Origin: Halodesulfurarchaeum sp.
Lineage (GTDB): Archaea; Halobacteriota; Halobacteria; Halobacteriales; Halobacteriaceae
Direction of reading: 5' to 3'
Length of the DNA stretch: 64,000 bases
Assembly (NCBI GenBank): GCA_042216015.1
Contig: JBDGUI010000014.1
Span: 9,935 to 73,934 of the forward strand
Numbering within the stretch: the first letter of the stretch is position 1; every line of letters starts with the position of its first letter. The notes beneath the pieces were generated by a model. The model ran no database searches. It was not told the DNA's origin and saw only the letters and a program-made list of their open reading frames with translations. The translations under genes and the position numbers were made by a program. Of the stretch, positions 1 to 9,467 are shown in pieces.

Positions 1-614
1 ACATTCACGATCCGAGAGCCTACGAATTGATCGAACCGGACGACGAGACCATGCCCTCTCCTCGCACCTTCCTCGAACGCTTTCTCGAGCGGCTCTACGG
101 GGAGGAGTACGACGTGGCGGGGGACTTCCCACGGCTCGAAACCTACGGAAAGGACGGGGGGACTGAAACCTACCCCATCTCATCGACTCGCCCAATCGAC
201 TCCCCGACCGCACACGGGATCGCCGTCGTGGGCGGGGCGATGGGGGCGACCTCGGCATTTCACGAGGGAGGAGACCACGTCGCTCTCAGGACGGGCAAAC
301 TCGCCGGAAGACTCGGCGCGACCGGGCGCCTCGGGGCATACAACGACGCCTGGAAGGCCGCGATCGGGCCCGAGGTCCGACGAAACGTCACCCTCGCCGA
401 CATGGTTCGAAACTACGAACCCGCCGACTGGGACCGGGTCTTCCGAATCGGACAGCGGATGCTTGGCAAACAGGAGGGAGCCGTGCCGAAACTTCGTTCG
501 GCACTTACGGCAGGTCTCCCCGCTGTCAAACTCTATCTCGCGTATCGATACGAGCGGTACAAACTCCGCTCGAACAGGTACGTGAGCATTCACGCCTCAG
601 CGTACCGGTCCTGA
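1..614 (+). CDS. C-terminal part of a geranylgeranyl reductase-like FAD-dependent oxidoreductase (5' partial)
   Basis: Frame is open back to the window edge. TYPISSTRPIDSP...IAVVGGAMGATSAFHEGGDHVALRTGKLAG resembles the C-terminal FAD-binding segment of GGR-family proteins. Confidence 0.65.
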   Translation, partial: IHDPRAYELIEPDDETMPSPRTFLERFLERLYGEEYDVAGDFPRLETYGKDGGTETYPISSTRPIDSPTAHGIAVVGGAMGATSAFHEGGDHVALRTGKLAGRLGATGRLGAYNDAWKAAIGPEVRRNVTLADMVRNYEPADWDRVFRIGQRMLGKQEGAVPKLRSALTAGLPAVKLYLAYRYERYKLRSNRYVSIHASAYRS

Positions 615-882
615 CCGACCACCGGGAGTCAAAGTGAGGGCCCCTTCTCCCGGTACCACCCAGTGATCCACGTCGAGGGTTGTCCAAGCGAGACGGCGAC
701 GTGGTCGCTGTACGCAACGTCAGCTTCCACGTGGAGTTCGGATCGGTCCATTGACCTCCTGTTTGGCAGGATGCTCCTCCATTCGGTGAATCCGCCGAAC
801 ACCATCGCAGAGGAGGCAACCGGGAGTGAGACCCCGGTGAGGAACGCGGCGTTTATTGGCAAACCGATCCAGAATACGATCG

Positions 883-1320
883 ATGAACCCGGGCACCTAC
901 ACGATACTCCTCGAACTCGAGGAGGAGCGGACGGTGACGTTCGGGGCCGCCGGCTCTCGGGAGTTGGCGCCCGGATTTTACGCGTATACGGGGAGTGCGT
1001 TCGGTCCCGGTGGACTCTCGCGGGTCGATCGTCACCGTCGGGTACTCCGGGGACGCAACTCGACCCGCCACTGGCACGTCGATTATCTTCTCGACAATTC
1101 CGCGGTCACATGGATTGGCACCTGGGTGAGCCCCCATCGACGAAACGAATGCGAGATCGCCGGAGCACTCCTGGGGGACCCCCTTCCGGGCATCGGCTCG
1201 TCGGACTGTTCCTGTGAGAGCCATCTCGTGTTCCATACCGACCGTTCGACACTGACCACAGCGATCGAAGCCGTACACGAGAAGCGCTATTCGTCGGTAA
1301 GCCACTCCGAGGGGGACTGA
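883..1320 (+). CDS. GIY-YIG nuclease family (DUF123) protein
   Basis: GTYTILL...GFYAYTGSAFGPGGLSRVDRH, HWHVDYLL, ECE and GSSDCSCESHL motifs. Confidence 0.8.
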   Translation: MNPGTYTILLELEEERTVTFGAAGSRELAPGFYAYTGSAFGPGGLSRVDRHRRVLRGRNSTRHWHVDYLLDNSAVTWIGTWVSPHRRNECEIAGALLGDPLPGIGSSDCSCESHLVFHTDRSTLTTAIEAVHEKRYSSVSHSEGD

Positions 1321-1937
1321 CCGAACCCCCGTGTTCTGATCTCTCGTGGTCCGTCATCTGGAACGCGCAACTGGATCACGCCGTCGAAGAGCTGATTGAG
1401 CGTGTTGATCGTCTGGGCATCGTGGGAATCCGGGTCGATCGAAAACAGGCCGAGCCAGCCCATCGACTGGATCTGTCTGGTGAAGACGTGAAGGAACCGA
1501 AAGAGTCGCTCGAGATCGACGTACATGAGCACCGGTGTGAGCGAATCGAAGGCAACCCGCACCCGATCGATCCCCTGGGAATCAGTCTCCTTGGAGAGCT
1601 GTGAGAATTCGATCCCGATCCCCGTCAAATCACCCGGAGAGCCACAGCTCCTGATGATCTCATCGTGGTCCCCGGGGGAATCCGAGCCAACACTGTCGAC
1701 GATCCGAACGTAGGCATCATTGGGGACGTGTTCCCCGAATTGCTCATAAACCTGTGTGCCACTGTCGTTCGCGGTGACGATCACCGATCCCTCTCCACGA
1801 GTTGCGCCGTGGCTCAGCACGTCGAACATGAGCTGTCGTTTGCCGGACATCGCAGGACCGCTCACCAGGATGTTCGTTCCCGGTTCCACGCTGTCGACGA
1901 GCGGGGCCGGCACGGCGTCGCCAAGTTCATAGCTCAT
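1287..1937 (-). CDS. RAD55/KaiC-like RecA-superfamily ATPase domain protein
   Basis: Degenerate Walker A (GPAMSGK), SPGDLTGIGI and LFDGVIQLR motifs typical of haloarchaeal KaiC-like proteins. Confidence 0.75.
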   Translation of the reverse strand: MSYELGDAVPAPLVDSVEPGTNILVSGPAMSGKRQLMFDVLSHGATRGEGSVIVTANDSGTQVYEQFGEHVPNDAYVRIVDSVGSDSPGDHDEIIRSCGSPGDLTGIGIEFSQLSKETDSQGIDRVRVAFDSLTPVLMYVDLERLFRFLHVFTRQIQSMGWLGLFSIDPDSHDAQTINTLNQLFDGVIQLRVPDDGPREIRTRGFGQSPSEWLTDE

Positions 1938-2130
1938 TTGTGTCCCGTCCTTTCCGTAGTGCACTCACCGGGGCTATGTAGTTCAGTTCGCGCGTGGACC
2001 ATAAGTATACTTGGAAAGTGTCGAGCAATTCGTGGTGGGGCCACCGGCCCGATCCGGGGACTGGAGCGGAGGTGATGTGAGAAATTCCGTCGCACTCTGT
2101 TCATTCAACGCGGACTCGGTGAGTGATCGG

Positions 2131-2568
2131 CTATTGGACCGAGTTGACACCGGCAACCTCCTGAAATTCGCGAAGGTTCGCGTCGGTCCCGACGACGAGT
2201 GTGTCCCCGATCTCGCTCGATCCACAGATGACGATGTGGTCTTCTCCCCGATAGGTCGTCGGTCGGCGCTCCTCCAGCCGCCGTTCGATCCAGGGGACGA
2301 GAAACAGCGGCAACGTGAGAAAAAAGAAAAACACGCCGGTGAATTGCATGAGGATTACCAAAAGCAGCATCGGCGTACTCGACCACGGGGCGTCCTCGCC
2401 ATATCCGGTGGTCGTGATGCTCTGGACGACGACCTGCAGCGATTCGAAAAATCCGCGCTCGACGCCCTCGAGGTAGACCATCCCGTACTGGTAACTCAAA
2501 GTATACAGGAGGATCAGCACGACCATCGCGAGGATGTAATAGAGCCCGTGTCGGCGCGTTCGATCCAT
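2131..2568 (-). pseudogene. Potassium channel/TrkA-domain protein, probably internally deleted
   Basis: 2 TM helices with the TTTGYG selectivity filter and the start of an RCK domain (HIVICG), which jumps straight to a TrkA-C-like tail (GDTLVVGTDANLREF); only 145 aa. Confidence 0.6.
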
Positions 2569-2676
2569 ACCCGTAGACTCTCGGGCGGTGGCTTAAAGAG
2601 TCGATCGACTACGGGGGCCGGACCCCCGATCATCGTGGGCACAAAAACGTATGAGGACACGTCACGAATGGCGGAT

Positions 2677-3267
2677 ATGCACGCACTCGACGACACCGAC
2701 CTCGAGATACTTCGACTGCTGGTCGAGGACGCCCGTCGACCCTACCGGGAGATCGCAGAAACGGTCGACCTCTCCGCACCCGCGGTCTCGGATCGCGTCG
2801 CCCGGCTCAAAGAGCAGGGGATCGTTCGTCGGTTCACCGTCGACGTGGATCGCCGACAGCTTCGGGAGGGGACACCCGTTCTCGTGAGCCTCTCGGTCGC
2901 CCCGGACGCCGTGGCTGGCGTGAAAGACGCCATCGGCGAACTGGAGGCCGTCGAACACCTCTACGTGACCGTCGACGACGTGGTGATCTTCCACGCGAAT
3001 GCACCCGAGGACGTGGGTGCCTGGCTGGACCGTCTGCTCGTCACCGACGGCATTCGGGACGTCGACGTCTCGCTCCTGAGCGAGAGTCACTGGTCCCCCA
3101 CCATCGGAGCGACGGACTTCGCGACAGTGTGTGATGAGTGTGGCAACACCGTCACGAGCGAAGGCGTCACCGCCCGCGTCGGGGACGAGGTCAAACAGTT
3201 CTGCTGTCCGTCATGTGAATCCCGCTACTTGGAACGATACGAAGAGCTCAGCGCGGGCGCCGAGTGA
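2677..3267 (+). CDS. Lrp/AsnC transcriptional regulator with C-terminal TRASH metal-binding domain (copper-responsive type)
   Basis: LDDTDLEILRLLVEDARRPYREIAETVDLSAPAVSDRV HTH; CDECG...FCCPSC TRASH motif. Confidence 0.88.
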   Translation: MHALDDTDLEILRLLVEDARRPYREIAETVDLSAPAVSDRVARLKEQGIVRRFTVDVDRRQLREGTPVLVSLSVAPDAVAGVKDAIGELEAVEHLYVTVDDVVIFHANAPEDVGAWLDRLLVTDGIRDVDVSLLSESHWSPTIGATDFATVCDECGNTVTSEGVTARVGDEVKQFCCPSCESRYLERYEELSAGAE

Positions 3268-3316
3268 GCAGCTCCAACCCGAAACGCCCTAAGCCCCCCA
3301 TCCCCAACGCCTTCCC

Positions 3317-3568
3317 ATGTCGAGCACGCTGCGTGTCCCAGACATGAGTTGTGACGGCTGTGAAGACATCGTGCAGAACGCCCTCGAGGAAGTCACGGGT
3401 GTCGAATCGGCGAACGCCGACCACGAGGCCGGCACAGTGGACGTCGAGGGCGACGCCGCGACCGGCGACCTGATCGACGCGGTCGATTACGCCGGGTACT
3501 CGGTCGAGGGGGAATCCGAGCCAGCGGCCGAGGAGTCCGAAGCTACCACAGAGGAGACCGAGGAATAG
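3317..3568 (+). CDS. Heavy-metal-associated (HMA) copper chaperone, CopZ-like
   Basis: MSCDGC metal-binding motif in a ferredoxin-like 83-aa acidic protein. Confidence 0.88.
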   Translation: MSSTLRVPDMSCDGCEDIVQNALEEVTGVESANADHEAGTVDVEGDAATGDLIDAVDYAGYSVEGESEPAAEESEATTEETEE

Positions 3569-3657
3569 GGTCGTTTTTTCGGACATCAGTGACTCGACTG
3601 ATTACTTTCAATCCGTCCAATAAATATAAAACCCCTCCATTCGTTGGGGTAACTACC

Positions 3658-3918
3658 ATGGTGGTAGCTGATACCCAGGTGGAAGACCTGCCCCCGAGTG
3701 CCAAGCTCGTCCTGAAGGTTCTCGAGTACAACGGAGGCCTGACCCAGAAGCAGATCGTGGACAAGTCCCGTCTCTCCCAGCGTACCGTCCGGGATGCCCT
3801 CGACCGGCTACAGGATCGGACCATCGTCGAGAAGAACATCTACATCCCGGACGCTCGGCAGAACCTCTATACGCTCTCGGCCCCGGCAAGCGAGAGCCCC
3901 GCGGAAGCCGAAGTCTGA
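3658..3918 (+). CDS. Small winged-HTH (MarR-like) transcriptional regulator
   Basis: LPPSAKLVLKVLEYNGGLTQKQIVDKSRLSQRTVRDAL...DARQNLY; AT-rich TATA-like AATAAATATAAAA about 30 nt upstream. Confidence 0.8.
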   Translation: MVVADTQVEDLPPSAKLVLKVLEYNGGLTQKQIVDKSRLSQRTVRDALDRLQDRTIVEKNIYIPDARQNLYTLSAPASESPAEAEV

Positions 3919-3956
3919 ATTCCACGGTCCCCCTGACAATTCCACGGTCCCCCTGA
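3918..3956. repeat. Tandem direct repeat, 2 x 19 bp (AATTCCACGGTCCCCCTGA), 20-bp period
   Basis: Identical copies at 3918-3936 and 3938-3956. Confidence 0.95.
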
Positions 3957-4041
3957 TGACTCACGGGTGGGCAGCGATACCCGTGGACCGGAAAGACAGA
4001 TTTCTTTCAGTTTCTCACCCACCGACGAATTTGGGATCCGT

Positions 4042-5289
4042 TCAGATGGGCGTTTCACTCCCCCACTGCTCGATTGCCCGACCCAGTGCCTCGTGTTCGG
4101 CCGCGGCCTCGGAGAGCGACGTCCCGGACGTGTAGGCCTCGACGGATTGTCGGAGTGCCCTGGCCCCCTGGTGGGTCCCACCTGGGTGGCCGTGAATTCC
4201 CCCTCCAGCCTGGACGATCAGGTCCGTTCCGAGCGCGTCGAGAAGGGGTTCGACGGTCCCTGGGTGAAGGCCACCCGAGGCGACCGGGAGCACGTCTCTG
4301 ACCCCGTACAATTCACTCCGGAGCCACTCGTTGATTCCGGCGGTGTCCTCGTTTTCGAGTTTGCCGAGGTTCGCAGTGCCCGTGTGGAGGTGATCGACAC
4401 CCACTATTCGAGCGAGCTGTGCGAGCACCCGCATCGAAACGCCATGATGGCTCAGTCGGTCGAAGGCCGCGTGCATCGCCCGGTGAGCGTGTATCGCCAT
4501 ACCGAGATCGTCGGTGTGCTCCCGGATCGACTGGACGGCACCCCAGCCGACGGTGATCACGTCGACCATGACGAAATTCCCGCCCTGTTCGGCGACGAAC
4601 GTCGCCCGCTCCTTCATCGTGTCCACGTCGGCGGTGATGTTGACGAGGTAATCCTTTCGCTCGCCCGTTTCGGCCTCTGCGCGTTCTGCCTGCTCGAAAC
4701 TCGCGGTCACCCGGTCGGCAAAGGCGTTGAAGGACTGGTCGGTGAGGTTCTCGTCGTCCTTCAGGAGGTCCACACCTCCGGTCCAGGCCTCGTATCCGAT
4801 TTCTGCGTGCTTCTCGCTCGACAGTCCCACCTTTGGCTTCGGGACCGTCGCGAGGACGGGTCGATTTCCGGCATCGAGGAATCGATCCTTGACCGCCGAA
4901 CCGAATTGCGGGCCCGGGAACGAACGCGTCAGTCCCTCGGGCCAGTCACAGTCCTGGAGCCTGATCGAGTCCACGGCCTTCATCCCCAAGATGTTCCCGG
5001 CAATGCAGGAGAGCACCTGGGGCATGTTGCCGAACTCGAAGAGCGTCGGCGGATAGGCGACCCGAATCTGGCCGTCCCCAACCACGAATGCCGTCGCGCC
5101 CACGTCAGTGAACCCATCGCCGACCTCGAGTGCCGCCCAGGTTCCATTCGAACTCTCCGAGGCCACCCGTCCGGCGGCCTCCTCCATCGTGAGCCCCTCC
5201 GCCGGCTGGATGGCGAAGTCACAGACGAGTTCCTCGGTGTCGGGCCGGTACTCGGTCTCGACAAAGTCCGCGTACGAAATGCCAGTCAT
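4042..5289 (-). CDS. rbcL: Form III ribulose-1,5-bisphosphate carboxylase (RuBisCO) large subunit
   Basis: Catalytic motifs intact: ESSNGTW, AGNILGMK, KPKVG, KDDE, HAHRAMH, HLHTG, GKLE, ASGG, GGGIHGHP. Alternative GTG start at 5295. Confidence 0.93.
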   Translation of the reverse strand: MTGISYADFVETEYRPDTEELVCDFAIQPAEGLTMEEAAGRVASESSNGTWAALEVGDGFTDVGATAFVVGDGQIRVAYPPTLFEFGNMPQVLSCIAGNILGMKAVDSIRLQDCDWPEGLTRSFPGPQFGSAVKDRFLDAGNRPVLATVPKPKVGLSSEKHAEIGYEAWTGGVDLLKDDENLTDQSFNAFADRVTASFEQAERAEAETGERKDYLVNITADVDTMKERATFVAEQGGNFVMVDVITVGWGAVQSIREHTDDLGMAIHAHRAMHAAFDRLSHHGVSMRVLAQLARIVGVDHLHTGTANLGKLENEDTAGINEWLRSELYGVRDVLPVASGGLHPGTVEPLLDALGTDLIVQAGGGIHGHPGGTHQGARALRQSVEAYTSGTSLSEAAAEHEALGRAIEQWGSETPI

Positions 5290-5373
5290 GTCCACCTACC
5301 TTCGTCCGACACGGGCATCAAAGTTCGGTAGCAGCAATGCACACCGCCAATGGAATTCCCCGGCTCGCCGAAA

Positions 5374-6228
5374 TTAGACCGGCCCCGAGACGGCGTCCTC
5401 GAGCCGGGAGATGTAGCCCCGGTTCCCCACGAAAGTCGGCGTCCGCTGGTGGACCGCTGTCGCCGGCACGTCGAGCAAGGAGCGAGCACCGTCTGTCGAG
5501 GCTCCACCCGCCCGTTCAACGATGTAGGCAATTGGGGCTGCCTCGAACAGCAGGCGAAGTTTGCCGTTCGGTCGACTCTCGAGGGCCGGATATCCAAAGA
5601 TGCCTCCGTACGTGAGCACCTGGCTGACGTCGGCGATCATCGCCCCTCCATAGCGGAGTTTGAGTTCCGATCGAACCGTCCCGACGTACTCGGCGAAGTC
5701 AGCCGGCCAGTCGGGCTCCCGCCCGCCGAAACCGTACACGGTCGGATCTTCGGGCAGTTCGACGGGCCCGGTCGACTGCATGGCTCCGTCGTCCACGACG
5801 TAGCCCGCTGCCGTATCGTCTCGGGCGATCACCATCGTGGTGATCGGGCCGTACAGGACGAACCCGGCCGCGAGAAGGTCCCGTCCCCCGGTCGGGAGTG
5901 AGCCATCGTAGACCCCGATGACCGTGCCCATCGGGTTGTTCGACTTCAGGTTCGAGGAGCCATCGAGCGGATCGATGGCAACGGCGTATCCCTCACCCAC
6001 GTCCTCCACGGTCTCGCGCTCCTCGCTCGCGTATTCGCCGATGCCCTGGACGCTCTCGAAGCGCTCCCTGAACACGTTATCTGCCCAGACGTCCGCCTCC
6101 AGTTGCCGATCGCCGGTCACGTTTGACTGATCAAGCGCGGTCCGTCGGTTCGGCAGGCCCGCCCGGATCTTCGGTGCGGTGGTCGCGACGGTCTCGAAAA
6201 CGGCGTCGATCGGGTCGATTCCGGTCAT
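5374..6228 (-). CDS. fbp: Class I fructose-1,6-bisphosphatase
   Basis: SEE, DPLDGSSN, LRYGGAMIADV and GKLRLLFEAAP motifs. Confidence 0.93.
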   Translation of the reverse strand: MTGIDPIDAVFETVATTAPKIRAGLPNRRTALDQSNVTGDRQLEADVWADNVFRERFESVQGIGEYASEERETVEDVGEGYAVAIDPLDGSSNLKSNNPMGTVIGVYDGSLPTGGRDLLAAGFVLYGPITTMVIARDDTAAGYVVDDGAMQSTGPVELPEDPTVYGFGGREPDWPADFAEYVGTVRSELKLRYGGAMIADVSQVLTYGGIFGYPALESRPNGKLRLLFEAAPIAYIVERAGGASTDGARSLLDVPATAVHQRTPTFVGNRGYISRLEDAVSGPV

Positions 6229-7020
6229 TTACATCCGGTCGAGGGCTGCATCGACGCTCGTCTCCTCGAAGATGAGCGCCTCGAGGGCGTCGAGCATCGC
6301 CTCGGCGTTCTCCCGCTGCCAGACGTTTCGCCCGACTGCCAGGCCGGAGCCGCCGGCGTCGAGGACGGTCTTGACGGATTCGAGAAACGCACGATCGGTG
6401 GTTTTCGAACCGCCGCTCATGATGACCTCGACCGGACCCGCGCTGTCGACGACCCACTCCATCGCGTCCTCGCTGCCAGGATATTTCACCTTCGCGACGT
6501 CGGCGCCCAGTTCGAGGGCCAGGCGGGCCGCATACGCGATGACCTCGTCTTTGGTGTCGCTTTTCACGCCCTGCCCTCGCGGATAGGACCACATGATGAC
6601 CGGCAGGTCTCGGTCGCGGGCTGCCTCCTGTGCTCGAGCAAACTCCTCTGCCATCTCGACCTCGTGGTTCGACCCACCGTACAGGGTGAATCCGATGGCA
6701 TCGGCCCCGAGTTCCTGGGCGTACTCGACCGACCAGTTGACGCTACTGTCGTACTCGCCCATCCAGAGGTTGGAGGTGCCATTGAGCTTCGCCACGAGGT
6801 TCACGCTCTCCTCGTAGGATGGATAGTAGGTTTCGGCGACACCCTTCTGAACCGCGAATCCGGTCACTGCGTCGTGGGTGGCCAACTCGAAGACGGTCTC
6901 CGGATCCATCGTCTCCGGAACGGCATCGAAGTCGGTCGGTCCGTGCTCCAACCCGTGGTCGTAGGCGAGAACGAGCAGTTTGCCATCTCTCGCGATCGGC
7001 GAGGACTCGAGTGAACGCAT
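6229..7020 (-). CDS. fba: Class I fructose-bisphosphate aldolase (DhnA/FbaB type)
   Basis: AYDHGLEHGP, WSYPRG, GADVAKVKY (Schiff-base Lys), SGG and GRNVWQ; stop codon abuts the fbp start. Confidence 0.92.
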   Translation of the reverse strand: MRSLESSPIARDGKLLVLAYDHGLEHGPTDFDAVPETMDPETVFELATHDAVTGFAVQKGVAETYYPSYEESVNLVAKLNGTSNLWMGEYDSSVNWSVEYAQELGADAIGFTLYGGSNHEVEMAEEFARAQEAARDRDLPVIMWSYPRGQGVKSDTKDEVIAYAARLALELGADVAKVKYPGSEDAMEWVVDSAGPVEVIMSGGSKTTDRAFLESVKTVLDAGGSGLAVGRNVWQRENAEAMLDALEALIFEETSVDAALDRM

Positions 7021-7084
7021 CAGGGAACTGTCGGTGGGCGTCGTTTAATAACCTAACTGAACAGTCGACCCACTCCGGGGTCGA

Positions 7085-7681
7085 TCACTCGACGGCCCGG
7101 GCTGCGTTGCGCCACTTTCGAACGATCTCCTCGTCGATGGCCAGCGAGTCGGCCACGGCTTCCGGGTTACACGAGGCGAGTCGTCGCACCGAGTTGATTC
7201 CCGCCTCCCTGAGTGCGGATTCGGCCTCGCCATCCAGGGCCGGGATGGCCGAAATTGGGGTCGGCTCGCTCTGCTCGCGCCACTCCGCCTCGGCATCGAA
7301 CTCCCGTTCCACGTCCGGTTGATTCGGCCACGGGCGGCGCTCCCAGGTCGGCTGGGTGTCGTCTTGATCGGTTCCCCCTCGACCCGATGCTACCTTTCCA
7401 TCCCAGTCGCTCGCGCTCGCGGCCACCCACTCGCGTTCGCCCGCCTTCAGCCCTCTCACCTGATCGGCCCGCCGATCCAGGTCCTCACCACCCTCGAGAG
7501 ACCACGACAGGGAGTGCTCCCGGCGGATTTTCGCGGCCACGCCGGGATTGACCCCCGCATCGACCAACTGGGTGTGAGAGACCCGTCGCTCCCTGATCGC
7601 GGCCGCCTCGATACCTGCCCGCTCGAGGACCGCCTCGGTCGCCGGCCCGACGAATTTTACGTCGGTCAAATCCTCGGACAC
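7085..7681 (-). CDS. Helix-hairpin-helix domain protein (haloarchaeal)
   Basis: LTDVKFVGPATEAVLERAGI and a second HhH-like repeat near the C-terminus; GTG start inferred. Confidence 0.65.
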   Translation of the reverse strand: MSEDLTDVKFVGPATEAVLERAGIEAAAIRERRVSHTQLVDAGVNPGVAAKIRREHSLSWSLEGGEDLDRRADQVRGLKAGEREWVAASASDWDGKVASGRGGTDQDDTQPTWERRPWPNQPDVEREFDAEAEWREQSEPTPISAIPALDGEAESALREAGINSVRRLASCNPEAVADSLAIDEEIVRKWRNAARAVE

Positions 7682-7857
7682 GAGTCCACCGCCAGAGCAT
7701 CCGCCCGCGAGTGGCTTGAGTGTTTTCACCGTTCGAAGGCCCTGACCACTCCGTGGCTGCCCGGGAGTGGATCCCGTTGGATGTTAGTCGAACGACGATG
7801 CCAGGTTCGACGAATGCACATGATTTATACCGAGGGTCGCCGAAATCTGGGATGGAC

Positions 7858-9024
7858 ATGACCCGGGTACGAGTCGCTGGCGGCGGATTGACACACTTCG
7901 GCGTCCATCCGGAGCGGACGAGTCGCGCACTCTTCGGCGAAGCGGGCGCGGCCGCGATCGAGGACGCTGGAATCGAACGTTCGGACATCGAATCGATCTT
8001 CTACGGGAATTTCATGGGTGAACTCGCCGAGCACCAGGGTCACATGGGGCCCCTGGCCGCCGAGGCACTCGGTGTCGACGCTCCCGCCACCCGCTATGAG
8101 AGCGCGTGTGCCTCGAGCGGCGTGGCCGTTCGCCAGGCCGTGTTGAACGTCCGCTCGGGCGAGGCAGACGTCGTTCTCGTCGGCGGTTCGGAACGAATGA
8201 ACAACCTCCCAACGGCCGAGGCGACTGACGCCCTCGCGATCGCCGCCGACGACCTCTACGAGGTTCGGGCGGGAATGACCTTCCCGGGTGCGTACGCACT
8301 GATGGAAGACGCCTACTTCGAGGAATACGGCGGCTCCAGAGAGGATCTCGCCCACATCGCGGTGAAGAACCACGAGAACGCACTGGACAACGAGTACGCC
8401 CAGTTCCAGCAGGAGATCAGCGTCGAGAAAGCCATGGATGCCCCGCCGGTTGCAGAGCCGATCCACCTCTATGACGCCTGCCCGATCACCGACGGCGCCG
8501 CCGCGATGGTCCTCGTGAGCGAGGAGTATGCTGCCGAACACGACCTCGACGCCCCGGTCGCGATCACTGGCACGGGCCAGGGGAGCGACCGCCTCGCCCT
8601 CCAGGACCGGGACTACCTCGCGCGCACCCCCGCGGCGGAAGACGCGGGAAGGGAGGCCTACGAGGACGCCGATATCGAGGCCGGAGACGTCGACCTCGCG
8701 GAGGTCCATGACTGTTTCACCATCGCCGAAGCGCTGGCCATCGAGGCGCTGGGCCTCTTCGACGCCGGTGAGGGGATCGGTGCGGCCCGCCGCGGGGAGA
8801 CGACCGCCGATGGCGAGCTCCCGATCAACCTCTCCGGCGGCCTGAAAGCCAAGGGTCACCCGGTCGGCGCGACCGGTGCGAGCCAGGTTGTCGAAATGAC
8901 CAAACTTCTCGAGGGGACTCACCACAACGCCGATGCCGTGGCCGACCCAACCGTCGGCGTCACGCACAACGCTGGAGGAACCGTCGCCAGCACGGCCGTC
9001 CACGTCCTGGAGGTGGTCGAATGA
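7858..9024 (+). CDS. Thiolase family protein (acetyl-CoA acetyltransferase)
   Basis: ESACASSG catalytic Cys, AEVHDCF and NLSGGLKAKGHPVGATG motifs. Confidence 0.92.
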   Translation: MTRVRVAGGGLTHFGVHPERTSRALFGEAGAAAIEDAGIERSDIESIFYGNFMGELAEHQGHMGPLAAEALGVDAPATRYESACASSGVAVRQAVLNVRSGEADVVLVGGSERMNNLPTAEATDALAIAADDLYEVRAGMTFPGAYALMEDAYFEEYGGSREDLAHIAVKNHENALDNEYAQFQQEISVEKAMDAPPVAEPIHLYDACPITDGAAAMVLVSEEYAAEHDLDAPVAITGTGQGSDRLALQDRDYLARTPAAEDAGREAYEDADIEAGDVDLAEVHDCFTIAEALAIEALGLFDAGEGIGAARRGETTADGELPINLSGGLKAKGHPVGATGASQVVEMTKLLEGTHHNADAVADPTVGVTHNAGGTVASTAVHVLEVVE

Positions 9025-9410
9025 GCGACGAACCCGTCCGCGATGCGGGCTATGACGACTTCCTCGACGCCGTTGGGGAGGGTTCTGCGTTTTACCTCGA
9101 ATGCCCCGAGAAACATGGATCGCTTCCGCCCCGGCAGGTCTGTCCGGAGTGTGGCAGCGGCGAACTCGATCGGACAGACCTGCCCGAAGTCGGGACGATC
9201 GTGGTCCATAACGTGGTTCACGTCCCGACCCCCAGATTCGCCGATGACACCCCCTACGCGACCGCGATCGCCGACTTCGGCCCCCTCTCCCTCACCGGCC
9301 AGGTCCGAATCGACGATCCGCACGCGGTCGAAAACGGGCAGGATGTGACCCTCGATACCGATGTAACGGACACGAACGAGGATCGTCTGCTCGTCTTCGA
9401 TCTCGTGTGA
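9021..9410 (+). CDS. DUF35 Zn-ribbon/OB-fold protein (thiolase partner)
   Basis: CPEKH..PPRQVCPECG; 4-nt overlap with the thiolase gene. Confidence 0.88.
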   Translation: MSDEPVRDAGYDDFLDAVGEGSAFYLECPEKHGSLPPRQVCPECGSGELDRTDLPEVGTIVVHNVVHVPTPRFADDTPYATAIADFGPLSLTGQVRIDDPHAVENGQDVTLDTDVTDTNEDRLLVFDLV

Positions 9411-9467
9411 GTTCGGGGCTTCCACCCGTCCTCGCGTCGGTCCACGAGGAGGGTCGTTCGTGCACTT

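Noticed and set aside
629..862. Short minus-strand ORF with an SD-like AGGAGGT before an internal ATG
   Set aside because: No recognisable family; it may be a gene remnant but cannot be supported
3918..3956. Possible CRISPR array
   Set aside because: Only two adjacent units, no spacers and no cas genes; no CRISPR array was seen anywhere in the window
4042..7020. Complete Calvin cycle/autotrophy
   Set aside because: No phosphoribulokinase or transketolase in the window, and form III RuBisCO normally acts in nucleoside salvage
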